Shown here piece after piece: positions 11,576 through 23,702 of a stretch of 64,000 nucleotides of DNA. The position numbers and the translations under genes are program-made. Position 1 is the stretch's first letter. Every line of letters begins with the position of its first letter. Under the pieces are notes generated by a model. It did not search any database. It saw only the letters and a list, made by a program, of their open reading frames with translations, and was not told the origin of the DNA. Origin of the DNA: Blastocladiella emersonii ATCC 22665 (taxonomy: Eukaryota > Fungi > Blastocladiomycota); the NCBI GenBank assembly GCA_025594325.1, contig JANHCV010000013.1, forward strand, positions 558,001 to 622,000, written 5' to 3'.

Positions 11576-12560
11576 TTAGGAAACGGGAGATCGCGAGGTC
11601 GGTCTAGAACGAGCCTGATGCGACTCAGTCCGCTGGCAAAAACTAGCACGGACCTGCCCGCCACCCAAACTGCTCACGCATGTCGCTCTCCTGCTCCGCG
11701 AGATCGTACAATCCACAGGAGCGGCCCGAATCCGGCGCACTTTGTCGAGCTGCTCGAGTTGCATTTTGGGCATGCTTGTGATGAGCGCTTCTACTCAATG
11801 ATTGCGCGGCATCCCGAGAAACACGCTGTCAGGAAGCATGCGGGTGAGCATGGGTGAAACTGGCCAGAGCGCGACAAAGAGATCCATGGCGAGGCCAAAC
11901 GACTTGACCCGCATCGCGTTGACAATGAAACCCGAGGTACCGCCGCTATAGCTGGTCGCGCAGCATGAGTTGCTGGACTCGTGGCGGAGAGCCGACTCAT
12001 GAGAGTGCTTGACGGCTGCGAGAAAAGCAACGAGAAACTTGGTCGTGGCCGCGTCCATCTCGACGTCCTCCAGTAGCAGGGGGAACGCGTTGCGCCACAC
12101 GGACTGGCACGAGAGTGGGCAGTTCGGGCACACAGTGAATCCGGGCGCGGGCGGGATGACAAGGTCGGCGTGTGACGAGAAATAGGACGCGAGCAGCGCG
12201 CCAAGCAGCGGCGCTGCGAGCTTTGCATTCTGAACGATCGCGAGCGCCCGATCCCGATCTGTTGTGAGAACCGTCGTTGTGAGCCACAAAAGCGCGTGCG
12301 AGACGGTTGATGACGGCGTGCCGAGTTGGTCGGGACTGGTCAGGAGCAAGGCGCGATATGACAGAGAACGCATTGGTTCGAAACGCGAGCGGCTCGGCCG
12401 GCGAAAGCAGCGCGGTGATGCAATCAAAGCGCTTGGTTCCGCAATCATCGTTGGTCATGTCAAAGACATTGAGCCCGATGCGGTCAAATGTATCGGGCGT
12501 TTCAGCAACACCATGGCCGGGGAGAGCCGCGCAAGCTGACTCACGGTGGCGGCCAGCTTG
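11576..12560 (-). pseudogene. Exon-2 (C-terminal) fragment of the F-box-like repeat family
   Basis: DRIGLNVF...SYFSSHADLVIPPAPGFTVCPNCPLSCQSVWRNAF...LRHESSNSCC matches copies B/C. There is a frameshift near 12370 and a stop at 11795. Confidence 0.85.
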
Positions 12561-13943
12561 GGAAGAAGCTATGATTGCAGCCACAACGAACGCCACTTGG
12601 CTCGGTCAGCCGGGCCACGTGCGTCTGTTTGGCGCGTCGGCGAAATCATGATTCCTAGGACGATGTCGGGCATGAAATGGGCTTCTGCGGCATTCAAACA
12701 TGCTAAGTGGCGGCGTTCCACATGACATAGATGAGCTCCTGGCGGTGTACGCAACCATCATCATGTCCTCGTTGGTCGAGAGTGAACCATATGAGCGAGC
12801 AAGACGGAAATCAATTTTCCACCTGTCTCCCCGCGGTGATTATTGAGTGTCTCGCACTGGTCACGCGAAAGTCACCCGACCCAAGCGCGACGCGTCGCGT
12901 GTCTCCCAGAATCAATCTTCGCGCCACGCGGCTCGCTATTTGCTTCCCGCGCGTTTGCTCTCCCGCTAACACGCGCACGTTTTTTGATGCTCTTGTATCG
13001 CACCTGATTTACTCGCACCTGCTGCAAGTTCACGGAGGCTTGCTGCAGCGACAGAAGGCGTCTGCCCTCGCGCACGCACCCTCCCACCCGCGCTCCTTCC
13101 CCTTCTCCGCACGCCCTGCGCCGCCGTGCAGTCTCTCTCCACCACCACCACATGCAATGCAACATGACAACCATCCAAAACCCCGCGCTCGGCCGCCTAC
13201 CGCGGCGCGGCGCGCGACTGCGCGTCACTCGACAACCGCAGCCCGATCCGCTCGTTCTCAAGGGGCCGTGAGGTATCCTGGTACGCTGCCGCGTGGCGCG
13301 ACCGCCCCTCGCTCTCCCTCGTGTAGATGCCCCCTGGTGCGGGCCTAGTACCCTCCTGACCTAGTTCTCTCCCTCGGCACGCCCTTTGCGGCACGAGCCC
13401 TCGCCGTAAGGAAGCGTAAGCACCGCCCACACCTCCCCCATCATACGCTCGTTCGCCCCAACGTATGCTGCGGCGGGCCCGTGTGTGGCGCGGCTGGCGG
13501 GGGTCTCGGCCGTTGCGGAGGGGCTAATGAAGGGAGGCAAACGGTGTGGCGGCCGAGTAGGTGGCGGGTAGTGGCCCATGGTCCTTTGCGTCTGTTGGGC
13601 GGAGCGGCTGGACCCGATCCGAAATACTACCCGTCGTACAGAAACGCTGCCCGCGCTGCACCGGGGGCACCCCCGTACGCCGGTTACCCCACCCGACCCA
13701 CCACCAAGTTCAGTTCAAGCGCAACGCGAGGCTCTCGATCGCGGGAAGCAGCCGGTACGGCTCGCCGATGCTCGTCTTTGTGATGATCGCCTACTGACGA
13801 ACGATTCTCGCCCGTCGTGTGTGTAGATCGCCTTCATCCCCATCCACTACTCTACTACTCTACTACGACGCGCGCAACCGGTCCGGCCGCGCGGCATTTT
13901 CGCGTCGTGCGGCGGCGGCCGCCGCCAGGTCAACTCCAGCCCC

Positions 13944-14430
13944 ATGGTCGCGTTCAAGTTCAAGGCGTGTTTGAGGTACCGCATCTCTGACCTGCATCCG
14001 CCGCCGCGATCAGGACAACTCACGCTCTCCCTCTCACCCCCGTAGATCCATTCCCTCCAAGGTACCGCGAACGCGTGCTGCTACCAGACCGCGCTACCAG
14101 ATCGTGGCGTGGCACCGAGCCAAGTTGGGCCCTCACCGTCCCGCTCGCCGTGACCGACCGACGCCCTCAAGAAGCTCAAGCGCCTGTACGTGCCGATCGA
14201 GCGGATCATCGAGCCCAAGAACGGCGGCGACACAAGCTCCTCGGGACCAACTTCCACCGCCGCCAGTACATGTGCAGATCGCCGGCATTCCGCATCACGT
14301 TTCTCGCCGCCGACATGAACCTGCTGTCGCGGTCTGTCACGCTCAAGACGGGCGGCCGCCGCACCGCGCCCAAGTCGATCCGCTGCTACCGGCCTCGATT
14401 CATGCAAGCTCGAGAAGAGCCCAAGTTCCA
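13944..14430 (+). pseudogene. Possible short-exon gene remnant of unknown function
   Basis: ATG (MVAFKFK), intron-like segments ending in TAG/CAG, and Lys-rich coding-looking pieces (ALKKLKRLYVPIERIIEPKNGG; KLLGTNFHRRQY) in shifting frames. Confidence 0.3.
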
Positions 14431-14670
14431 GCCGGCCTGTGACTGGCAGCAGTCGATCGTGCCTCGTAGAAATACATCCCACACCCGTCTCGTGACACCG
14501 TTCTTATCCCACGACAATCGATGCAGGGCAAAAGGGCCTCGGCACTCTTCGCGCGAGCTCAAGGAAGCCAGAAAAGTCAGGGGGATGCGTGGAAGAGCAA
14601 GTACCGGTAAGACTGAGTTGAACAAGACATGACTAGAGAAACATGTATTCATAACACATCAACCATCGGA

Positions 14671-17600
14671 TCAGATTGACTCGTCCGCGCTGCGAGGACA
14701 TGCGGGAAACAACGGCAGCATGAGGGCGCGCTTGAGGTCCGACTTGAGGGCGTACATGGCCACTCTCATTCCCGAATTGTATCGCGGGCCCTCAGGCAGT
14801 GAGCGGTCCGGTGCGGCCGCGTGGCAAAAGTCGAGGTACTCGCCAATCGCGGCTCTGCATTCGGGAGCGCACATGATGGGGAACTGCCACACGCGCTCGC
14901 GTTCGCACGCATCGTTGGCGTCCTGAACACGCTTGCGCGACTGCGTGAGTCGCGGGCGAAGCGGACTTGGGCTGGAGCGGGTGCGCGAACACGAAGCCGA
15001 TGTCAAGCGCAGGCGGGATGCCGGCGGCCTTGCCCTGCGCGGAAATTACGATGGGGCGGTGGACGAAGAGCACAACAATGGTATCATCCGGGTTACCTGA
15101 ATCCACAAACTTGACGGCACACGCGCGGCCGTCGTTTGCGGCGGCAAAATTAAAGACAGAGTGAAGCGTGTCCTTGAGCATCACCGCGTTCCACGCGCCA
15201 AAGGCGCTGCCGCGATTGGACTGCTCGCCCATGCGTGCCGCGCCGGCTGGCCACTCTGTCGCCGTGTACAAGCCCCAGAGCGAAGCGAACGCGGCGGCAT
15301 GCAAAAGCTCAGATACGATTGGCCCAGTCGCGGGAAGTGGGAACGGAGCAAAGCGCGGGACAAGTGGACCGAGTCCAAGCATCGGCGACACGGCGGCTGC
15401 AAGTTTCTGCACCGTGACGGTCACAATGCGCTTGCGGCGGTCGATGTCCCGTCAACAAGCAAGGCAACGTCGCCGCGAAACTGCGCAAGATCGACGTTGG
15501 GCACGGGCTTGACCTCGGCCTTGTCGCGGCCGCGCGGGATGCTCAAGACGAGCCGCCCAAAATTGTCCAATTCGTAAAGACCCATGCCGTTTCCTTCGTG
15601 AACAAGCCGAAGAATGGGAATGAACCAAGGCAGGTGGCGAAAGGGTTCAACGGCAGCCGCAGTGTAGTCGAAAACTCCCTGGATGCCAAGACGAACGCTG
15701 GCCATGGACACGGAGTGAGTTGTGACCGCATCCAAAGAAAATGGCGCAGCGCCTTTGTCAAACGGCAGCTTGTTGCTGATAAGCTCGAACTCATCGCAAG
15801 GTTGCGCGTCCAAAGCGTAGGTCCCATGAAGCGAGAACTCCGACCTGGTAAAAGACTTGGGGACCGCGCTTCCAAGCTCCCAGCAGACCCGCACCGTCCC
15901 ACGCTCCGAGTCGTAGTCGACGTTGAGACACTGGCTGTAAACGACCCCGCCGCCGTCGTCCGAGCTCGGCTTCATGGCCACCCGAATCGCGCACGCCACG
16001 TAATTGCAGTAATACGACTCGAGAAGCGTGAAGGTTGCGCTCGCGCGGTAGAGGCGACGGCTCGACGACGGGCTATCTTGTTTCAAGCCAAGGTATCCAG
16101 CAAGAAGTCGTTGCTCCGTGACAAAGTCGTTTGGCGACGGGCCGAAAAAGTGTTGAGACCACATTCCACCCATGTCGCGCGGTGAGAAGGGAAGCGAAGT
16201 GTAAGGCGTCGTTCCAGCCCAAACAAGTCGACGAGCGGCCATGGCGTAAGCCAATGCCTTGACGCCAAAGGCAGGGGTCTGCATCGGCCCGACTACAAAG
16301 ACGAGAAAGCAGTCACATGTCAGTCAAAACTGGCGCGCGGGGAGAGCAGTAGTGAAAAAAGAACCTACAGCGATCGTACTGCTCCTTGGGCGTCAAGGGA
16401 GACCCAGCGTCTCCAAATAAGAGCTCGTGCAGGCTCTGAAGCTCCTCCGACGCGCGAATCGAGACGGGCACGTTGGGAACGGGCAGCTTGCAAAAGGTGA
16501 GTTTGTGGAAGCTTTGAGTATTCGAAGCGTTGCGCTTGTTTGGAGCGAAAGGCTGGACGCGCGAGAGCCAGTGCCCCAACTCCCCGCCGTCCTCTTCAAG
16601 CACAGAGACGCCAAAGACGAGAGGGATGATGGAGACGGGAAGTCCAAACAACAGCTCGATGTACTCAGCAACGGACTCGGTACATGCGCGGAATGTACCG
16701 CTCGGGTAGAAGCAAAGCATCGAGCGGTCGCCTGCGGTGGGATGGTTGTACCTGAGCACGTGGGAGCCGTGAAGCAAGATGTTTCGCGCTCCGCAGCGGT
16801 CCACGAGCTTCGACGAGTCGACGACATCGAAACGGAGCCAGGTGTCGGCGAGGAACTGCTCCATGACAAGGACGGCGTCGCTGAGGACAAAGCTAAGCTT
16901 GTGAGCCGCCGGCGAATCAAGCGAGAACGCGTCGGACAGCGCGCGAAGCCAGGTGCGCACATGGTCGAACATGGCGCTCTGAATCCGGCCACAGCTCACG
17001 TCAAGAAAGAACCCGTCGAGCGGAGCCGTGTGAGAGAAATCCGCGAATGTCGGGTTCACGACCGTGCTCGATGTGACGTGAGGACCGTCGGCTGGATGTG
17101 CAAAGGGGGAGCTTGGGCGACTCGAGGTGCAATCGGCCAAGAAATACGAACCGCTCTCAACGACCGACTGGATCTCGCACCGCGTGCGAGCAACAATCGA
17201 AGGCTTAAGCTTCTCCGCCGAGCTCATGAAGCACGGCGATTCCAAAGTCTACATCTTCATGTCAACGAAGCGGGTGTGGCGCAACCGCAATCGCATTCGT
17301 ATCGACAAGGCCGGAAAGCCAAATCTGACGCGTTTTCAAGAGCTCGGAGGCCGAAAGGGCCAAGTCTGCATTGTCCAGCCAGCGCAGCCAGCAGTCGTGG
17401 GCCGCACGAAGCGTGGCGACATCCATGACGCGCACCCGGGTCGAGTCGGACAGCCAGTCAAACTCGATACACGCGCGCATTTGGTCGCACCAGAATGTGA
17501 GCGCCTGCTGCTCGAGAAGCTCCGAGAACCAGAGCTGGCCGACGAAGCGGTCGAGAATGTCGCGGTCAAGGTCCGAGTGCATGAGAGCGTGAAGGATGAG

Positions 17601-17882
17601 CAGCGAGCGAGCAATCGGCTCGACGTGCAGGTTGTTGAGCGTGAAGGTCATGGTCGAGCAGGAACCCTTGCGCATGGCCTCGGCCAGCGAGTGCGCAACC
17701 GAGCGCATGTCGACGAAGCCGCATAGAAGCGCGCTCAACTCGCGGTCTACGATGCTGGCATCGTGGTACAGAAAGACGTCGGAAGCGCAAGAGGTGCTGA
17801 ACGGTTTAAAAGTTTTGGCGGGGTTGGTGTAGATGACCGTCGAGCTGGTCTGCATCGGCATAAAATCGGATGCCTGAACCAT
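14671..17882 (-). pseudogene. DUF4470-like domain protein with degenerate C-terminal MYND-like finger; multiple lesions
   Basis: YTNPA...LLCGFVDMRSV...FTLNNLHVEPIARSLLIL and RFDVVDSSKLVDRCGARNIL resemble fungal DUF4470 proteins. Near 14850-14880 the frameshifted pieces read CAPEC / SRDWRV. The gene is split over four ORFs. Confidence 0.65.
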
Positions 17883-18549
17883 TGCGGCAAGTTATTTCAT
17901 CAGCTTAACATCAGGCATGCGTCAGGGGCAGGGGATGAGGAGAACGAATGTAGGGCTTTGCCCTGAAATATTGGGTGGCCCCTTCGAAAGTCTCGGTCTG
18001 TGTCACGTGATATATGGAGACTTGTCACTTCTGTCACGTCACGTGAGTGGCTGAACGCGTGGTCGCGCTAACACCTCCTCTCTTGCGGTTCTGTGCGGAA
18101 GGTGAACCCTCCACAAATATGCTTATTGTTGCTACTACACGTTATGCAAGTGTCTTTTCATTCACTGACTGCCGTCCGGCTTCAGTCGCCCCCACATCGC
18201 GTCTGCGACCGCACCATGGCTTGCGCGTTCCTGTCTGCAAATGAGAAGCAAAATGGAGCTGCTGTTACTGTGAAATATAAATCATTCTTGATTACTTTAT
18301 TGTCGTGCTGCACGACATGATACGTAGCAACAATCGCCTGGAGAACGATGGCGTCGCGCGGCGAAGATGGGTCGCGACATATGATCTTCCACTCGATCAC
18401 GGAGCTGCTGAGTAGCATGACATATTGTATCTGGTAGTAGCGCGGCAGAAACGTTGCCTTACTTGGCTGACGCAGACTAACCACGCGGCTAACGTGAACG
18501 ACGTTCATTACGTTCGTCTTCGCGCGTCGTCCTAGTCCACGATCATGAG

Positions 18550-20063
18550 CTCAACAAGGCGACGCTGATCTTCGGCACAACGGGACAACGCTGTTCATCA
18601 AAAAAACGAGGCGACGCTGGTCATCAACACAACGAGGCGACGCTGGTGACCAACTCGACAAGGCGGCTCTGGTGACCAACTCGACAAGGCGGCTCTGATC
18701 GTCAACTTAACAAGACGACGCTGAACATCAACTCAACAAGGCCACGCTGATCATCAACGCAACAGGGCGACGCTGATTGCTAGCGCAACGATGCGACGCT
18801 GGTCATCAACGCAAAGAGGCGACGCTGAACATCAGCTTCACGAGGCGACGCTGTTCACGACCCAACAAGGCGATGCTGGTCGCCAGCACAACAAGGCAAC
18901 GCTGATCACCAACTCGCAAGGCGACGCTGGCCATCAACTCGACAAGGCGACGCTGGCATGTCTTGCTTAACGGAGCTCGGACCTAATTAATTGCTCATAC
19001 AACGGGTATCACAGTGCATTGCAGTGAGCGGCCAGCCAGGAAAAAACTCCGCCTTTTCCCCGCCCGTGCGTTCAAGCCACGCGGCTCATCTGGGGCCCGC
19101 GCGCCGGTCATTCCACGTGCGCAAGGCGGCCCGCACTCGCCTCGAGCGACCCGCTTGAAGTCCGTCGTCCCTCGCCGTCGCCCTCACTCTCTCCCAGAAC
19201 CGGTCGAACCTTGACGGGCTCTCATGTAACTCTTAGAAACGACGGTGGAAGTTGCTGCACTGCACGCCGTGACCGCGGCCGCCCGATGCGGGTCAGGGCG
19301 GGAAGACCGCGTCAGTCCTCGCCGATCCCGCGCCCCGTCACCGTTTGCGGACCCGCTGCTTGGCTACACGGAGTTCGTCAACCCAGGCGTGCGCGCAAAT
19401 CTCAGCTGCCGCGTGCGACCGGACCACGAATTGTCCCGCGCGCTCACGATCCCGTTTGGCGCTCGCGCAGCTCACGATTCCGTTTGGCGCTTGCGCAGCT
19501 CACGATGGTGTAGCATTCGATGCCGCGCAGCGACAGGGGAGGGGGGTCCAGGGGGGAGGGAGACCCTCCCCCCGGCTCTCAAAGAAACACCTGTTTGCCT
19601 TCCTGTGAGAAGTGCGGCGAGTCGAATATGAGGTTGCAGACACGGCACGTCGCGGTAGTTCATTCGCGAGCACCTCCCCACGTTTAAGTTGTCGGACGCT
19701 GCCACGGGCGACGCGAATGAGTGAGAGACACGTTCGCCGACGGACGAAGAAGCAACACCTGATTATTGCTGATTTCGTGCGGTACTGTTGAAGAAACCTG
19801 CTCAAGACGACGGTGTGCGACGTGAAGAAGATGTGTTCTGCAAGGCCGAATCCGCCGTCTGACAGCGCGCGCGGTGAGTAACACACGGTGTATGATTCCT
19901 GCCTCGCGAAGAGTTTTTACAGGCGGCCTGTGACCGGCCACCGAGTTGCTAGTCAATTCGACAAGGCGATGTATAATCAACGCAACGAGGCGACGCTGGT
20001 CACCAACTCAATACAGCGACGCGGATGATCAATCGAACAAGGCAACGCTGGCTGTCAACAGCA
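18550..20063 (+). repeat. 26-bp minisatellite (consensus about caactcgacaaggcgacgctggtcat), 16 copies at 18550-18958 plus about 4 copies at 19953-20063
   Basis: Core (a/g)aggcgacgctg recurs every ~26 nt; the array is interrupted by a 994-bp insert. Confidence 0.92.
18959..19952 (+). mobile_element. Non-autonomous Helitron-like insertion
   Basis: Sits between A (18958) and T (19953) with no TSD. It ends in CTAG (19949-19952) preceded by an imperfect ggcggcc/ggccacc hairpin (19922-19942). Removing it restores a near-complete repeat unit. The 5' end reads TG rather than canonical TC. Confidence 0.62.
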
Positions 20064-20999
20064 ACACTTCATCGACCTCGCCATTACGCGCAACTTGAGC
20101 TTCAGCGTGCTCATTGGCGCTAAGCGCAGGATCAGTACTACTTAGTAAGCGTTCGCTTGCATATCGGGAGGTGGGCGCGTTGTACGATTTAGTTTGGGAG
20201 TGCGAGAGCGTGCACGGCGCGAGGCTGGGCAAGGGTGAAAGGGCAAAGCCCTGCGCCGGTGCCAGCCGAAGGCTGTGTGACGGCAAATTCGCTCCGTTGC
20301 GACGTCCGCTGATGTCACCCGCATCACATGATTTCGAGGCGCGTCTCGCACTTTCTTTTCGCGTCCGCAGCGCTGCGCAAAGCTGCTCACTGGACCTTCC
20401 CCAATACGTTGAGACCGCTAATATCGATCTGCACGACGCTGACCGCTAACTGAGGCGCTAACAAGTGTCGCCATCCTGGTCGCCATCCTGCTCCCGGAAG
20501 TTGGCGCGAGCGGCAACGCTGCGCAGATCCCGCGGCTGCCCGCCATCCAGCGCGCGGGAGTGATACAGATCTTGACTTTGGAATCGGCCCTATTGTGCAC
20601 CACTGCCGAGCGTGTGGTGATCGACGTCCGTGAGGACAGGGCGACTTCGAGGCAGCGTTGACGGCGGCGGGCATTTCGTTCGCCGCGGCGGGAGGCCGAT
20701 AGCTGAGTACTGCATTGGGTCCGACTCCTTTGAAATCGATGTCGTGGGCAACACGCCGCGCCGGGTCTACGGCGCGCGCACATGCTCGGTATGACCCGCT
20801 TTTTCCAAAAAATTGTCGGAGTGGCGTCCAAAACAATCCCACTGCTCAATGCCCCTGTCGCGTTCTCAGCGGCACGCAGTGAGATTCGCGCGTTCGTCCT
20901 CGCTGTGTCCCGGGCCCCCGGCAAGGACCGCTTGCACACTGACTCGGACTCGCAATCTGCCATCGAGGGCGCGCTCACATGGCTCTGGTCGAAGTATCT

Positions 21000-21330
21000 C
21001 AACGAGCACGTTACGAAGGATTGCGCGGGTGAGCGCGGGTGAGCGGACCAGACCGCAACAATGAGGTCGATTGCAAGGAATGGCATGGCGACTTGGCCAA
21101 CATCACCTCGATGAGGAATGTGGAGGCGCTCCCTCACTCGCTGGACGCGCAACATACGTTAATGGATTCGTTACGCAGCAAACTGTTATGAGAGTACTGC
21201 TGACGCGGTCGGCCACGCTCAAGCCGGGCGACCGCCTCCGCGCCCAAGTCGATCTGCTCTTGACCTCGACTCGTGGAAGCTCAAGGAGGTCAAGGTTTGC
21301 GCAGATGGGCACCGGTCGGTCGTGTCCTCA
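21000..21330 (-). pseudogene. Short C-terminal fragment of the F-box-like repeat family
   Basis: LRNESINVCCASSE*GSASTFLIEVMLAKSP, then (frameshift) LAIDLIVAVWSAHP, aligns to copy B LRHESINECCASSENGSTTAFLVEAMLAKSPSLTIDLVVALWPASP. Confidence 0.75.
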
Positions 21331-21441
21331 CGAAAAAAAAAATGTAATACTTTTACGCGGGTTCATCCGCGACGCCTTTTATGAACTTCTACGGTCGATG
21401 CACTTTGTAATGGCCTCGGTGTCCAATTACGAGGTCGGGGC

Positions 21442-23702
21442 TCAGCGCCGGCCAAACTGCTCGCGCATCTGATACTCACAATCCAAGGCTTCGTAATCAC
21501 GGCGATGAACGCTCGCGGCCCCAATCCGGTCCAGCTCCATGAGATGCTCGTGCTGGATTCCCGGCGTGTTCTCAATCAGCGCGTCCAGCCGGTCATCATA
21601 AGCGATCACCGCGAGCGCATCACGAGGGATTACAGGGGTGAGCCCAGGGGAGGCGGGCCAGAGTGCAACGACAAGGTCAATAGTAAGGGACGGCGACTTG
21701 GCCAGCATTGCCTCAACAAGAAATGCAGTGGTACTGCCGTTTTCGCTTGACGCACAACACTCGTTGATGGATTCGTGGCGCAGCGAAGTGTTTTGAGTGC
21801 GCTTGACGAACGCGAAGTAAGCGTCGAAGACCGAGGACGCGTCAAAGTCTGTGTCAAGGGCGTCAAGGAGCAGCATAAACGCGTCGCGCCACATGGCTTG
21901 GAACGACAGCGGGCAGTTGGGACACGGCGTGAACCCAGGTACGGTCGGAAAGACGAGGTCGGCGTGCGATGAAAAGTGCGCCGCGAGCATGGCGCCAAGC
22001 AGCGACGCGGCAATCTCGGACCGGTTGACGATCGCAAGCGCTTGATCGCGGTCCGTAGTGACAACCGTGGTCGTAAGCCACGAAAGCGCGTGCGAGACGG
22101 CTGCTGAAGGAGTGCCAAGGGAGTCGGGATTGGTCGGGAGTAGGCGCACAGCAATGGCAAAGGCATCAAGTCGAGTAGCGGCTAGCCCGGGCGGAGAGAG
22201 AAGTGCAGTAATACACTCAAAGCGAACGGCTCCACCGTGATACCCGAATACGTCGAGCCCAATGCGGTCAACAGTTCCAGGCGAGCCAGTCGTCCGCGCG
22301 AGGTGGACTAGGCCATCCAGGAGCGACGGCCGGGGCAAAAAGTACCTTCCGCCTCGCCTCAAACACGCGCGCCGAAATACTAAACGCGGCGAAATCGAGT
22401 ATGAGGGCTGTACGGCATGCGAGTACCGCGAATAGGCAGCGTACCATCAACAAGAATGTTGTCCCACAGTGCGGTGTACGGCGCGAGCCCACTGCAAAGC
22501 ATGGTCACATCATCTCTGAGGTCGTCAGCAAGAGCGCGTGCAAGGGCGCACTTGAAGTAGAACGAACCGACCAGGTCGAAAGAACGGAGCGGAAGGACTT
22601 GATCGACTGAATGCTCGTCGATCAACTCGATATAGTGAGCCGTTTTTTCCTCTACAAAGCGATTGCGGTCGAGCTTGGCCAGATCTGCCTCGACTTGCTC
22701 GGGGAACCGCGCAGCGAGAAGCGCGAGCGCGGCCGGGTAATGAATGGCTACCAAGTCCAATGCAGTGGTACGTTCAGCGCCCCGCTGAATGTTGGACCAG
22801 CCGCGCTCGTACAGCCATCCAACGATGCCGGCAACGCTTTCGCTCGATGGGGGGCGCGATGGCAATGTAAGCATGAATACACACTTGTTGCCAGATTTCG
22901 CTGCCAAGTCCGCGACAAGCGCGGCCTGATCGAGTCCAAACTCGGGGCGCGAGAGCAGTCGAAGCGGTTTAAATTGCCAAAACACAGTCGCGGTAAAAGC
23001 AAGCACGTCCGCGAAACGCGGCATCCAATTGGGCCGCCGGAGCATGTCTGTCGCGACTTCCACGGTGACTTCCACATGCGCGAAGCGACATGGGTTCAAC
23101 ATGGGGACAAGTTTCAACCACTCGGACCAGCTGAGAGTCATGAAAAGTAGCTGCGGCCACCTCGTCTTGATGTATCCGAGAAGCTCCTCCAAGAACGCCG
23201 CGGAGCCGGTCTCGGCTGAATGCACCGCGAGGAGGACGGTGACCGCGAGCGGGTGCCGGTGGATCTGGCGTGGTTCTGCGGCTTCCGCACGAGCAACAGC
23301 CGCCACCAAGTCGAATTCCGTGCTGCCGTCCACAACAGCGGTCCAAGTACACGCGTGCAGCACGCGCATCATGGACTCGGTACGGACGCGGCCCTGCTCA
23401 TAAACAGCAGGACAAGGCCAGTCCGTGAAAGCATTGATCTTGTCGAGTGCGCGTGATGTCGTGGACCAAGCGCTGCGGCCGAGTTCAGGTCTGTAGTCAA
23501 AGCGAGCGATCGCGGCGATAACCCAGCGAGAGAGAAAATGCGGGTCGGAAGCCATCATGTACGTTGTGCGGGAAGCGAGGATCAACGACGGGCGGAGCTC
23601 CGCAAGCAGGCCCACGGCGACGGCGAGCTCGCGTGGAAGGTCGGCGAGGCTCAGCGGCCGCATCTTTGAAGTGCCTAGGTTGGATTGCATGGAGTGATTC
23701 AT
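21442..23702 (-). CDS. F-box-like repeat-family protein, copy B (intact, ~731 aa; intron 22380-22444)
   Basis: SLADLPRELAVAVGLL motif. A 65-nt GTACGC...TAG phase-1 intron joins LVD|VFRRACLRR in frame, with no stops. Confidence 0.85.

Noticed and set aside
18550-18958. CRISPR-like array
   Set aside because: The period is only 26 bp, the inter-core segments resemble each other, there are no cas genes, and the context is eukaryotic. It is a minisatellite.
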